Shown piece after piece: positions 49,515 through 62,350 of a stretch of 64,000 bases of DNA. Positions within the stretch are counted from its first letter, which is position 1. Each line of letters opens with the position of its first letter. Under the pieces are notes generated by a model, which was not told the origin of the DNA, made no database searches, and saw only the letters and a program-made list of their open reading frames with translations. Source of the DNA: Narcine bancroftii (taxonomy: Eukaryota). The position numbers and the translations under genes were made by a program. The stretch is taken from positions 17,856,001 through 17,920,000 of the forward strand of contig NC_091477.1 in NCBI RefSeq assembly GCF_036971445.1, read 5' to 3'.

Positions 49515-49945
49515 TAGAATCATTAGCTTACACAACACAAGGAGGGAATTTAGTCTACTGTATCTTTTCCAGATTTTTGTTAGACCTATCTGAAACTAAT
49601 CTCATTAATGAGCTTTCTCTGCATTTTCTCCACTATAAATACTTATCTATTTTTTTTTTAAAGATGCAATAGTTTCTGCTTCAACTATCTCCTGAAGCAA
49701 ATCCTTCCATGCTCCAACAAACCTCTGTCTGAAACAATTTCTGCTATCTCCTTTTTTCACTTTCCTGATGACAATTCTTAAATTAATGGTCTCCAACCAG
49801 TGGAAACAATCCTTCCCTATTCAAACTATCAAATCCCTTCATAATTTTGCAAATTCTTGTTAAACCTCTTCTTAGGTTCCTCTGCTCCAGTGATTATAAT
49901 CTCAATAATGCAAATATCTGCTCGCAGTTACAGCTTCTCATTTCT
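49515..49945 (-). mobile_element. Ancient CR1 3' fragment
   Basis: TAGAATCAT tail; CAGTGGAAACAATCCTTCCCTAT motif. Confidence 0.5.
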
Positions 49946-50439
49946 ATATATCAATCTTTTTTTTACTTATTATAAACAGCTTTTAAAAAAAATGTAATGA
50001 GGAGATGATGAAGGAAATGCAACAGGTCAAAGGTAGATTGGAGGTTTGCTTTTAGCAGGTAGTGAAGAGGCCAATGAGCAGGATGGAGATGGGGGAATGC
50101 AACCTCTCCCTTCCCAGTGGGATGGGGGATGGGGCTGTAGGACATGACATCTCCCAAGGGATTATTTATAAAATATGGGGCGTGAGAAAAGAGTAGCAAA
50201 GTTGTATATTTCGGTGTATAAATTGAGTCATGAAACCTTCAAAATTCACTCAAAAAATGGGGGTCGACACCTGCCAGATATACTTTTGAGACCTTAAATT
50301 CAGGTCAAAAACCGTTTGACGCCGTTTAGGTGTACAAATCAACTCTGGAAGCACCTCCCCACCGCTAACACTGCCATTTCCTGACACCTCCCCACTGCCA
50401 GGCGCCGCCATAGCCCACCCAGACGTTCTACAATCGTAG

Positions 50440-50640
50440 GGCTTGAGGTCCCCGTTCCTACCTGGGAGCCTGAGGTCGCTGCTCCTTCCCAGTAAGCCGA
50501 GATCGTTACTTCTGCCATATAGGCCGAGGTCGCTGCTCTTGCCAGTAGGACAAGATTGCCGTTCCTGCTCGAGACAATGAGGTTGCCACTTCTTCCACAT
50601 AGGCCAAGGTTCCCAATCCTGCCGGAGGAACGAGGAGACA
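50440..50640. repeat. Degenerate 27-bp tandem repeat (GAGGTCGCTGCTC...), possibly inside a TcMar-like element starting at about 50203
   Basis: Units such as GAGGTCGCTGCTCCTTCCCAGTAAGCC. Upstream GTATATTTCGGTGTATAA..AAAATGGGGGTCGAC resembles a Tc2/pogo terminus. Confidence 0.6.
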
Positions 50641-51854
50641 ATCAGATCACCCATGATCTTGTTAGTGAAAAGACTCAAAGGCTGGCTGGGTCAACCCCTG
50701 TTCCTAATTTGTAAATTCAAATTCATTGTATCTGAAAATGGTTTGACAAGAATTTCTGACTAAGCAAGTAGTTCGTGCTTGGGAAACAATGATCGTCATG
50801 AGGTCAGGCATCACAGAAAAAAAAGAAATTTAGGACCATCTTGTCCATGCTGACCAATTATAAGTAAGAGTTCTATAATTCTGAGCACTCAACTAATTGT
50901 ATCAGATGATTGTGAGAATTTCTATGGGGCTTTACAAAACAAATTTCTGTCTGTCAACCTTTTAGGGCTTCAAGGACCTGTATAAACTGGCTAATGAGCT
51001 GCATATTGCCTTCATCAATCAAACTGAAGAATCAATAATGAGCAGAACAGAGTTGAAAGCTAACTCAGGTGTCTGATAGAATAAAGATTTTAATGTCAAA
51101 TCAGGTAGAGAACATGAAATAAAGGGAGAAAATGTCTAGAGGTAATCCAGATGAAATTTACTTTGTTAATTGTCCTCTCATGAACAATTTAAAAAGTTAG
51201 ATCTGTGTTCTTTGGAACTTAAAAGAGTGACTTGTGCTATTATTGAAGTGTATATATCCTAAGAAGTCTTGACAGGATAGATGTCAGTATGTTCCAATGA
51301 GTGGGATTCTCTAATGAGGAAATGTATTCACAAGGTAAAGTAAAGGACATTGCAAATTGAATTACGTAGGAATTTACTTCTGTAAAGATCGCATAAGTTG
51401 TGGGCTGTGGGGAACTGACACAGAAGGGAAGTTGTAACCTGGAACAAATCAACCTAGATCATATTAATTGTGGGCAGACTTCAGTGGCCTGGTGGCCTAA
51501 ACATTTTACAACTCAATTTACAAACGCACTAATTTTTGCTAAGATTTCATTCCAAACAATTTATACGCTACACGTTTTCTACATCTGTCATACAAACAAT
51601 AACAGACCAAATATCCCTGCAGTGAAGGAATGAATTAGGCTTTAATTTATTAATAAAACTTGATTATGCAAAATCACAGTACAATAATTAAAAACATAGA
51701 CATATTAAAATTCAATCGCTATCACCTTTGGTTGCATTATTTGACAAGAAATCACTGATTTAGTTTAACATTATATAAATCCAACAATTAATTTCATGAG
51801 CAACTTTTTTTTCACTGACCCTGTCAATTTCAATGAAATGTTAAAGTAGCGGGT

Positions 51855-52510
51855 CTGTACCCCATTCCACTGGGCAGGGAGAGGTCACCCTTCCCCCGGC
51901 CTGTCCCCTGTCCCACTGGGCAGAATGAGGTCATCATCCCTTGACCCAATCCCCTGTCCTGCTGGGCAGGGAGAGGTCACCATCCCCTGGCCCTGTCCTG
52001 CTGGGCAGGGAGATGTCATATCCTACAGCCCCATCCCCCATCCGACTGGGAAGGGAGAGGTTGCATTCCCCCATCTCCATCCTGCTGAGCAGGGAGAGGT
52101 CGCCGTCCTCCATCTCGTTAGGCAGGGAGAGGTCGCGTCCTCCCGCTCCACCCTTCTGGTCAAAGGGAGGTCATCGTATCCCTGTCCCCCTGTCCCACAG
52201 GACAGGGAGAGGTTGCCATCCCCCACCCTGATCCCCATCCCACTGGACAGTGTAGGGTCATCATCCCTTGACCCCATCCCCCATCCTCCTGGGCAGGGAG
52301 AGGTCACGTCCCCTGGCTCCATCTCGCTGGGTAGGGAGGGGTTGCTGTCCCTGAACCTGTCCCCTGTCCCACTGGGAAAGGAGAGGTCGCTGTACCCTGG
52401 CCCCGTCCTGCTGGGAAGGGAGAGGTCGCTGTCCCCTGGCCCCATCCTGCTGGGAAGGGAGAGGTCCCTGTCCCCGAAACTTTGGCCAGGGAGAGGTCGC
52501 CATGCCACTC
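51855..52510. repeat. Degenerate GC-rich minisatellite (about 33-45-bp units, core CTGGGCAGGGAGAGGTC)
   Basis: The core recurs about 15 times and explains the overlapping long ORFs here. Confidence 0.9.
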
Positions 52511-53514
52511 AGGCCAGGAGGGCATCCACAGAAACCTGCTGCAGCCCCAGGTGCAGACACGGGGAAGAAGGGCTGCAATGTCCCACTGGACTCCTGCAGC
52601 ACTGTGGCTAAACGTATCATTCTCCAGTGCTCCTGCATATATACAAGCTCTTCTCCAGCCTGAAACAATGTGGTCCATTTCTACTACTTAGTAAATAGTT
52701 TCGATGCCTCAATGATTTCGTTAGCATAACAGAAAAGAATTGCCTGGCTGACTCACTCTCCCAGAACTTTTCATCTGCTCGGAGGCTACGGTATTTTTAA
52801 TGAAATCAAACAAACACAAAGGATGAAGGAGAATAATAAACCTCATTGTTTTTGTTAAGTCAGTTTAGCCAGACCATAATGTGTTAGACCCCCTTTACCT
52901 ACCAGGCTCCTAGGATTCAATCTAATGGTTAATCCTCCACTGATCAATTGTGATGTCAAGAGTTGGAGGACACAAAGGACTGATGGGATCATGATATCTT
53001 GCCTTCAAAACTGCATTTAACCTACTGGAATATACATATGTGTGCAGTCGAAGACTGCTATATTCACTGAAGGAACCAGGGAACAGACCACAGTAAGTTT
53101 ATAAGTAAGAAGCTCTTTGTTTCAAGCTCTGAGAAGTTTGGATTCATTGTTTCAGATTTAAATGAGGCAGAAATAAAGAGAAATAAAGAAGAAATAAAGC
53201 AAATTTCTCCTTTGCTCTCCAAAGGGAGTTTTGTGGGATTCTCTCTCACTGCTCCCCATCTGTTATCATCGCTGCTCTCAAGCTCTACGATCATAAGGGC
53301 TCTTGAATGAAACATCAGTTATGTATTTTCACCTTGGCTGTTTGACCTGCTGAATTTCTCCAGCTTTGTGTTTTTACTTTGTCTATAATAGCAATTGATA
53401 AACTTTATTGGAAACAATTTGATCAGTCATTAAAAAACATTAATTTTGTTCTAAAACCATATTTTAATTGTTTTGTTTTACAATCCTCATTAACAATGAA
53501 TTTTCCAATGGAAA

Positions 53515-54020
53515 CAGAACATAGAACACTACAACACAGTACAGCCCCTTCCATCCTTGGATGTTGTGCCAACCCATGTATCCCTAAAAAATGTACTAAA
53601 CCCACCCCTACCTCGTAACCCTTTATTTTTTTCTTCATCCGTGTGCCTAAGAGTCTCTTAAATTCCCCTAATGTTTCAGCCTCCACACCATCCCAGGCAC
53701 CTAAAACTCTCTGTGTGAAAAAAAAACTTACCCCTGATGTCTCCCCTAAACTTACCTCCCTTAACTTTGTACATATATCCTCTGGTATTTGCCATTCCTG
53801 CCCTGGGAAACAGGTGCTGTCTGCCCCTCATAATCTTGTAGATCTCTATCAAGTCTCCTCTCATTCTTCTTTGCTCGAGGAGAGAAGTCCAAGCTCTGCT
53901 AACCTTGCCACAAAATTTGCTTTCCAATCCAGGCCACATCCTGGTAAATCTCCTCTGCACCCTTCCACGTCCTTTCTATAATGAGGTGCCCATAAGTGTG
54001 GTCTCACCAGAGATTTGTAA
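53515..54020 (-). mobile_element. CR1 LINE 3' end
   Basis: QRRFTRMWPGL, LEQRRMRGDLIEIYKIMRG, KFRGDIRGKFF; AGAACATAGAACA tail. Confidence 0.9.
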
Positions 54021-55040
54021 AATTCAACATGTCCTCTCCACTCCTGATTTAATTGCTGAAGTTTTATTAAATTGCCTAGAGCTATATCTTAAAGCATTGA
54101 TGAAGACTTCATGGTTAAATAGATTAGTATGTAAAAGTAAAACAATATTTCTCAATGATTCTATAATTTTATAAATTAGACTAATGACATGGCGAGCAAA
54201 ATACCAACAATGCAGAAGCATTTCCAGGTCTGTTGAAACCTGTTGTTTTCTCTTAAAATATTTTCTGATTTGCTGAGTATTTCATAGTTTTCTGTTTTAT
54301 TTTAGAATGACAAGTGTTGTTTAAAATCAAATTTGACTTTTACAGGCATGATGCAGGGAATAATTGGGATAGACGTTCTCTTACAATGGATCTCTTTTTT
54401 GCTTAATTTACATGGTTATTGGAGAAATAGCTTGTGTTCACTTGCCCAGAAATTGGAGGTGACTCATTTTTAATCCAATAAATATTAAATTGGTATAAAA
54501 TCCTGATTTACTCAGATCTTCCCAGTGCTGGCTATTGAAAAGAGACGCAATGCATTGAGTATCAGTGTGAGGGTGCAGGTTCAGTCTGGCTATTGAAAAG
54601 TGAGACTAAGAATTGCTGTGTATCGGTTATTGCTGTAATAGTACAGATACTTATTTTGCTATCTCTTTTTGCTAAACTCTCCAACCTTACTCAGGAGTTG
54701 GCAGAAGTTTGGTATGACATTGGAGACCCTGCCAAATTTCTACTGTGTGGTTATACCATCTCTTTATGCACCCTCTCAAAATTTCTCAGGATCTTATGTT
54801 TCAATGAATTCTTCTAAACTCCAGTGGATATATGCCTAACATGTCTAACCTTCCTTCAGAGGACACTCACCCAAGTATTAGCCAAATAAACCTTCCATGT
54901 ACAAGTTCCAATCCTTTCTTAGAAAAGGAGACAGGAGTTGACTCAGCATAACAGATGTTGTCTCATGTGTTTCACTGAAGCATAACTTTCCTCCACTTGT
55001 ATTCATTTCCCTAAACATTTTGTTTTAATAATTACCTTTC

Positions 55041-55225
55041 TTCTTCTTTGGCTTGGCTTCGCGGACGAAGATTTATGGAGGGGTATGTCCATGTCTGCTG
55101 CAGGCTTGTTGGTGACTGACAAGTCCGATGTGGGACAGGCAGGCACGGTTGCAGCGGTTGCAAGGGAAAATTGGTTGGTTGGGGTTGGGTGTTGGTTTTT
55201 CCTCCTTTGTCTTTTGTCAGTGAGG
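55041..55225 (-). mobile_element. Short 5'-truncated RTE with 14-bp TSD
   Basis: Same family as 33515. TSD AATAATTACC(T/A)TTC at 55027-55040 and 55226-55239. Confidence 0.92.
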
Positions 55226-55379
55226 AATAATTACCATTCTGTTAGCTTTTGTCATTGCCAGAAATTATGCATGAATTAAAATATCCAGTTCCTTAAGTTG
55301 TGAGCTGATGTTAATGCAATTCTCATTAACATCTAAGTTAGTTACACAAGTGTATCCTGATCTGTGTCTCACTGTTATT

Positions 55380-55945
55380 TCTTTTTTATTTTTTTATTTT
55401 TTTTATTGATTTTAATAAACAACTTATACTAACAAAAGGGTACAATTCAATAAGATAGTATGGAGAGTTTCATAAACTAAATAAAATATTCCATATATCA
55501 CTAACATACATAAATTGTAAATCATATCGATAGTTCATATTTTAAATAGTATATACCTTTTTTTAGAAAAAATACTCATTATACAAAAAAGGAAAGCTGA
55601 AAATAATAAAGGAGAAAAACTCAAGCCCCTTACCTAACTATGTTGCCAGATGCTTTATATGACTGGTGTTAAAAGAAAAACAAATGTTTAAAAAATATTA
55701 ATTCAAAGAACGTGGAAAAGATAATTCCGACAATTTAATTACATTGGAGTAAAATTATAAAGTAAGATAGTGAGTCATAAATGACCCCCATAACTTCTGG
55801 AATCTTGTATCTGATTTAAGAATTGAAGAACAAATCTTTTCCATATTCAAACAAAGACATGATGTCCCGTAGCCACTGATCATGAGTAGGTGGGGCAGCG
55901 TACTTCCATTTAAGTAAAATCGCACGCCTCACCAAAAGAAATGGC
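55380..55945 (-). mobile_element. L1-like LINE 3' end
   Basis: RRAILLKWK..APPTHDQWLRDIMS (fish-type L1 ORF2 C-terminus). Poly-T/TTTATT tail at about 55385-55410. Confidence 0.8.
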
Positions 55946-56691
55946 ACGACTCTGACCCAGAGATAAAGAAGAGTCATTCCCTCCTGTTGTGCTGAATATA
56001 GATTTAACACCGAATCCTTTTATAGCCCTCACTGTTTTTTTTAAGCATGTTTTAGGTTATGAATTCAGATTACCGGTCTGAAGATTTTTTTTTCTCTCTC
56101 CAGGCAGCAAACCCTCTGAACCTTACAATCCCAGGTGATTCCTGCCATGTGCTAACCAGGCTTAAATCTGCTGAACAGGTACTTACAGGAACGCAGCAAG
56201 AATGCAGATCTATTACTCCCACTAACAGTTTAAACTATGACAATATAACAGAACATAGCCAGAAGGGGAAGAAAGAAAGAGACAGATGATAAATTTAGTC
56301 AATATCCTTTGCACATAATTGATGTTTTTAACTAGAGGGTCCTGGTTGGAAAGCTTGCTCGTTCAAATGAGACACTCTGCAGAGATGCAGTATGTTTCCA
56401 GTTTAATTGAATAAACTGCTGGAGCACTCACTTTGAACATCTTCAGGCAGGAAAGTTGTTTTATTTTGTAGGTTATTGACTAAGGCTCCAAAGTACAACC
56501 ACAGCTCCTAGAAACTGGTTACAAAAAAACGATCATAAAAGATCCTACTTATGCAAGGCTATAGTTACAGTGATCTGTAAAATAGTAAAGAATTGGATTT
56601 TACCTTAACGAGATGGATGATTGATTCTGAAGGGATCAGAGTGAGTAGGCAGGAATTGAACAATGACTCCTGGAGACAAACACAATATTCC

Positions 56692-56980
56692 TTAATCAGT
56701 AAGGATTGGTAAGAACATCTCCGCAATCTTCATCAGTTCAGGAGCACCACAGGGCTGCATTCTTAGCCCCCTGCTCTATGATTGTGTGGCTTGGTACAGC
56801 AACAATACCATCTACAAATTCGCTGATGATATTGTGGTAGTGGGTTGTATAAAAAGGGTCGATGAGCCAGCATACAGGAGGGAGATTGAAAACTTGGCTG
56901 AATGGTACACCAACAGCAACCTCGCACTCAATATCACCAAAACCAAGGAGCCGATTGTTGACTTCAGGAAGGGAAAATGA
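56692..56980 (+). mobile_element. Rex-Babar-like RT fragment
   Basis: GAPQGCILSPLL, IYKFADD, LNITKTKE..VDFRK. Confidence 0.85.
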
Positions 56981-56984
56981 GAGG

Positions 56985-57605
56985 AATCAGCAAATTTGTA
57001 GATGGTGCTTTTGTTATATTGAGCCACACAGTCATGGGTGTATAGCTCATAGAGCAGGGGGGCAAAGAAAGTAGCCCTGTGGTGTCTGAGTAATGATGGA
57101 GATTGTGGAAGAGTTATCTTACCAATCTTCACTGATTATGGTCTGGCAGTGAAGGAATCCATGATCCAATTATGTAGTGGGGTGTTGGGTCCCAGATCTT
57201 GGAGTTTGCTCATTAATTTTGAGGGGATGATGGTGTTGAATGCCAATATGTAGTTGATAAAAAGCATCCTGATGTGTACATCTTTGCTGTCCAAGTGTTC
57301 CTGGGCTTTGTATGAGGCCAGTGAGATGGCATCCTCTGTAGATCTGTTGCTATGGTAGGCAATTTGGAATGGATCCATGTTGCTGCTCAGATAAGAGCAG
57401 ATATGCTTCAAGACCAGCCTTTCAAAACACTTCATCACTGTGGGTATGAATGCCACTAGTCGATACCCATTTAGGCAGGTTACCATACTCCTCTTGGACA
57501 GTGGTACCATTGATGTCTGAAACGAGAGCATCAGTGCAGGTTTTTAATACTCCGCCCGGACCAGATTCTTTCCTTGGAATTACTCTCCCTGAAGGCAGTT
57601 CACAG
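56985..57605 (-). mobile_element. Rex-Babar-like RT fragment, convergent with the previous one
   Basis: TVMKCFERLVLKHI, MDPFQIAY..NRSTEDAI, AFNTIIPSKL, IYKFAD. Confidence 0.88.
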
Positions 57606-58897
57606 ATGGATATTACCACATTTCACTGCTGTAAAATTAGTTTTTAATCTTGTAACGGTGAAAATAAATTTTCAGTTGCAGAATTTCTTTGTTCTTCACA
57701 TGTTAAATTGCTTTTGTTTTTGCGGCTACTTTCTTAAGTCTTTGCTTTGTTTCTCTTTTTTATCATTTTCTTCCTTTGAATCTTGCTTCACTTTTTATTC
57801 CTCTCTTTAGCCTTTTCTCTTGCTTCTCTTTGTCGGGGTTAGAAGTGATGGGGTGGAGGGTAAATGAAGGTAGAAAGTGTAATGAGTAGAATAATGAAAA
57901 GAGAGAGACAAAGAATAATTAATATGGAAGAAATTGAATGCTTCTCCTGGCTGAGAACAGTCAGATAAAGCAAATCCTCCTATTAACAATATTAAAACAA
58001 GCTCACCTTTTTATTTAAGGCACATGAGACCTACTCTTCTGTGAGGATTATCTGCTTAGTATAATGAACATGGAACACCAGCTGCCATGTCTACCTAAAC
58101 CATGCAACCCCATGTGTCTGCATGTCATATGTACAGAAGGCTGAAATAAACAGTCATAATTCTGTTAACTATTGCACATTTGGTGCTCAGGTATTTGAAA
58201 AAACTCCCTGAGGTAGGATACAATAAGACTGCACTCTTTCGTGCAACTTCTATCCTGCAGTGTAATGCATGCTGCGATTCCCTTTAATTTTAAGAAAAAA
58301 AAGTACATGTTTTCCTTTTCTTGTAAAATCAGTGGCCAGTGAAATAGATTTTTGTAATGAAATGAGTACATTATCGAAAGGCATCGGAGCACTTAAGAGA
58401 GGAAAGGCCTGAAAGCCTCTAGAGGTTCACGTTTCTGACAGATTACTCATCTCCTATAATTCATATGATTCCTTTTATTCTCTGCTTGGGTACCTTTAGC
58501 AATGGTTTAAGGTATCAATATACTGCTCATTTACTGAGAAAAGATGCCATACAGTCAAGAACATCAAGGGGTGTTATTAAACAGAGGATAAAAGAACTCG
58601 GCAGCTCAGTGACAGTATTATATGCAGAGATAAGTTATTTCACAGCACAAAAGAATTATGAATCAATTTACAATACTCTTTTACCTATCTCGTAAAACCA
58701 CAGAGATTGAAAATCATAACATAGCTTCTGCTCCAAAGGTAACAGTTCCATTAAAATGAAGGATTGAAACCACAAACGATCTTTACATCTTATCTCAATT
58801 TGCATTTTCATGCAGTTCAATTATGATCAAGAATTGTATGGTGTGATTGAGCCACTCATAAGTGAATGTGGGATCAAAGTTTCAAGAAGTAAGTCGC

Positions 58898-59197
58898 TGT
58901 AGCGGCAGTTACTCTGCTTCTGAAAGGACACACACAACCAGACGGGTTGAGCTCAGTGAGCAGACTAGTTTATTGCAGGCTGCTGGGCAGTACTTATACT
59001 CCCAGCCCAGACCTGGCTGAGAAACACGCTGGAGGGCGCTGATGTCACCCTGGTGTCACGTGGTTCCCTAGCGTTGGCTTCTGAACCCCGTGCTGGGAGG
59101 AAGGAAACACCCCCGACGGCGCCATTTTGGCCGGCTGCCCTGCCACGTGGCTTACAAGCGGGGCCATTTCGCCTGCCTAGTGGTGAGCTGCCATACA
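58898..59197 (-). mobile_element. Gypsy 3' LTR
   Basis: TGTAGCGGC...GCTGCCATACA termini, minus-strand AATAAA at about 58969-58974, G-rich PPT at 59201-59217. Confidence 0.85.
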
Positions 59198-59219
59198 GCA
59201 CCCGCCCCCCCCCCCCCAC

Positions 59220-61602
59220 ACAGAACCGGAACCAATGTCTTTTTTTGCCAGGAGGCCTTGATTCTTAGGCTGGGCTACGACCATGGGCTCAGTAGGATCG
59301 AGATGCGCTGGCTTCAGCCTGTCCACGGTAAACAGCTCCCACCTGCTGCAAATGTCCAGAGTGAATGTGGAGCTGGATTGCTGTACAACTCTGTATGGCC
59401 CCTCATACAGTCACTGCAGAGGTGCTACGGTCAGGTCCTGTCGAACGAAAATATACTCCACGGAAAGCAGTTTGCCGGGAATGTGAGATGGGCGGGTGCC
59501 ATGCCTGGGAGGCGGTGAGGTTTCAAACGAGTCCAAGCATGCCCTGAGGTGAAGAAGTAGTTCATGTGGCAACCGCTGGGGATTGTGAGGCGCATTGACA
59601 AACTCACCAGGTAGTGCCAGCGGCGCACCGTAGACCAGCTCAGCAGATGACGCCTTCAGATCTTCCTTGGGAGTGGAGCGAATGCCCAGGAGCACCAAAG
59701 GCAGTTCGTCCACCTAGTCGGGACCGGTGTGGCGGGCCATGAGTGCTGACTTAAGATGGCGGTGCAGATGTTCGACCAGTCCATGGGCCTGTGCGTGGTA
59801 GGCCATGGTGCAGTGTAGCTGGATCCCCAACCTGTTAGCGAGCTGGTGCCCGCACCCCAATCACTGCTGAGGTTACCTGGGACGCCGAACCAGGCAACCC
59901 AACCGTGCAACAGTACTCGGGAGCAGGAGTCAGTGGAGGCATCTGGCCTCAGGATCGCCTCAGGCCAGTGAGTGGTGCGGTCCACCATCGTAAACAGGTA
60001 ACGGTTGCCCCGGGAAATGGGTAAGGGCCCGACGATGTCCACGTGAATGTGGCTGAACCATTCCCAGACATGCTCGAACTCCTGTATGGGCGCCCTGGTG
60101 TGTCTGTGCATCTTAGATGCCTGGCAATGGGTGCATGTTCTGGCCCAGCCCGCAATCTGCTTCCGCAGCCCATGCCATATGAACCGTTCTCCCACCATCC
60201 GGACCGTGGACCTGATGGACGGATGTGAAAGGTCGTGGATGTGACGGAAGACCTGCCTGCACCACTGCTGGGGAACCACCGGTCATGGGGTGCCCATGGA
60301 GATATGGCACAGGATGGTGTCTTCGCCGCTCAGATTTGGGAGGTCTCGGAACCGCAGGCCTGTGATGGCGGTTTTGCAAGCTCTCGTCTCCTCATCAGAC
60401 TTCTGGTCCTGGGCGAGATGGTCGAAGTCGAGGCCGTGCGTCAGCACGCAGATGGCCGGTTGTGAGAGTGCATCGGCAACCACATTGTCCTTCCCCACCT
60501 TGTGCCGAATGTCGGTGGTAAACTCCGACACGAAGGAGAGGTGAAGCTGCTAGCGGGCTCAGCAGGGATCCTTTGCCATCACGAGTGCCTGAGTGAGGGG
60601 TTTGTGGTCAGTGAAGATGGTAAAAGTCCTCCCCTCCAAAAAATAGCGGAAATGCCGCACCGCCAGGTACATGCCCTGTAACTTGTTGTCGAAGGCACTA
60701 TAATTGGGTTCCGGCGCGCGAAGCATGCGGCTGAAGAATGCCAAAGGCTTCCAATGTCCATTCACCTGCTGCTCCAGGATGGCACCAATGGCTGTGGCAG
60801 AGGTATTGACAGAGAGTGCCATATGCAGGTTGGTGTACGGGTGGGCAAGCATGGTGGTCTTTGCAAGGGCATCCTTGGTGGCCTCGAATGTGGTGTGGCT
60901 TCTGGGTTCCATGCGAGTGTTTTGTGCTTGGCTGCAATGAGGGCGAATAGCAGCTGCATGATGCACGCAGCTCCCGGGATGAAGCAGTTGTAAAAGTTGA
61001 CCATACCTGTGAACTCCTGCAGCACCTTGAGGCTGTCCAGGCGTGGGAACTCCCTGATAGCGGTGACCTTCGCAGTGGCAGGCGTGGCTCCTTCGGCCGT
61101 GATGGTATGGCCCAGGAACTGCATGGACTCTTTCCCGAACTGGCACTTGGCTAGGTTGATGGTAAGGCTAAAATCGGCCAGTCGAGAGAAAAGGGCGCGT
61201 AGGTGAGCCTTGTGTTGCGCCTGGTCCTTGCTGGCGACGAGGATGTCATCCAAATAAATAAAGACGAAATCCAAGTCCCTACCCACAGAGTCCATGAGGT
61301 GCTGGAAGGTCTTAGCAGCATTCTTGAGCCTGAAACTCATGCGCAGGAATTCAAACAAGCCAAAGGGGTTGATGGTGGCTGTCTTGGGTATGTCCACAGG
61401 GTGCACTGGGATCTGGTGATATCCGCACACCAGGTCAACTTTGGAGAAAACCCTCGGATCGTGCATATTGGCCGTAAAGTCTTGGATGTGAGGGATGGGG
61501 TAACGGTCAGGAACTGTTGCCTCGTTGAGCTGTCGATAGTCTCCACAGGGATGCCAGCCACCAAAGGCTTTCAGGACCAGGTGGAGCGGCGAGGCCCAAA
61601 TT
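59220..61602 (-). pseudogene. Ty3/Gypsy pol (RT, RNase H, integrase), frameshifted and 5'-truncated
   Basis: WASPL, FSKVDL..GYHQIPV, PFGLFEFLRM, FIYLDDILV, WKPLAFFSR, FTIFTDHKPL, NVVADALS, H..SH..C..C, HVDIVGPLP, LPLVLLGIRSTPK. Confidence 0.97.
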
Positions 61603-61989
61603 TATAGTGAAAATTAGTGATCTGTAAGGCAAATTCCCTCTGCTTTGAAGACACTCCACTTACCTGCATAAAGGGCTGGTCCAACTAGTTTCAGGTTCCC
61701 TCCGCTGAGGGTGATAGTGTCAGATGAAAAACAAAGTCACCTGCATAAAACTGGCTCCAAACAGGAAGGTAAAATGATTGACACCGTCTCCCTGCTGTGC
61801 TGTCACAGAGCAGCCAGTGGAGTGGAGTGGGATAAGGAGTGCTCAGGCAGCGGGGTGGGGGTCTGTCAGGCAGCAGGGCTGTCACAGGGCAGCCACTGCT
61901 GTGCTACCTGCCCCCTTTTGCACTGGAAGCCAGCACGCTGTTCTGGAGCACAGAACACATTTTTCGTCCTCTGCATAAAAGGTAAATTC

Positions 61990-62350
61990 ACCTTTTTTTA
62001 AATAAAAATGAGGAGGCAATAATGTGGCTTTTGTGCATAAAAACCCCGAAGGAGTGCCAGAAAATCCATGTGAAATCAGAGTAATGTGGTGCAGAGAATG
62101 TAAATTAAAGGATAACATTTAAAGAGGTATTTATGGATAATGCACACTGTAGAAAAGTAAGGGTCGGTATTTATCTCCAAGACTATTTCCAGCTCAATTG
62201 GATACATCATTGGCAATTTTATTCCATCCATAAAGAACAAAAGAAATTCATCGAAACCATTGTGTTTATGTCTGACCAATTTAGTCCCAATCATCTCCCT
62301 TTCTCCAGAGTCCTGTATTTTATATTTCATTTTCAAATTTCTATTGGATA
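61990..62350 (-). mobile_element. Possible L1-like fragment
   Basis: AT-rich open frame with L1-like composition; no unambiguous motif. Confidence 0.25.

Noticed and set aside
51925-52691. Cluster of overlapping long ORFs
   Set aside because: GC-rich minisatellite with no domain signal.
60559-61466. Domesticated Gypsy-derived gene
   Set aside because: Multiple frameshifts and stops across pol, and the LTR and PPT are retained, so it is an ordinary decayed element.
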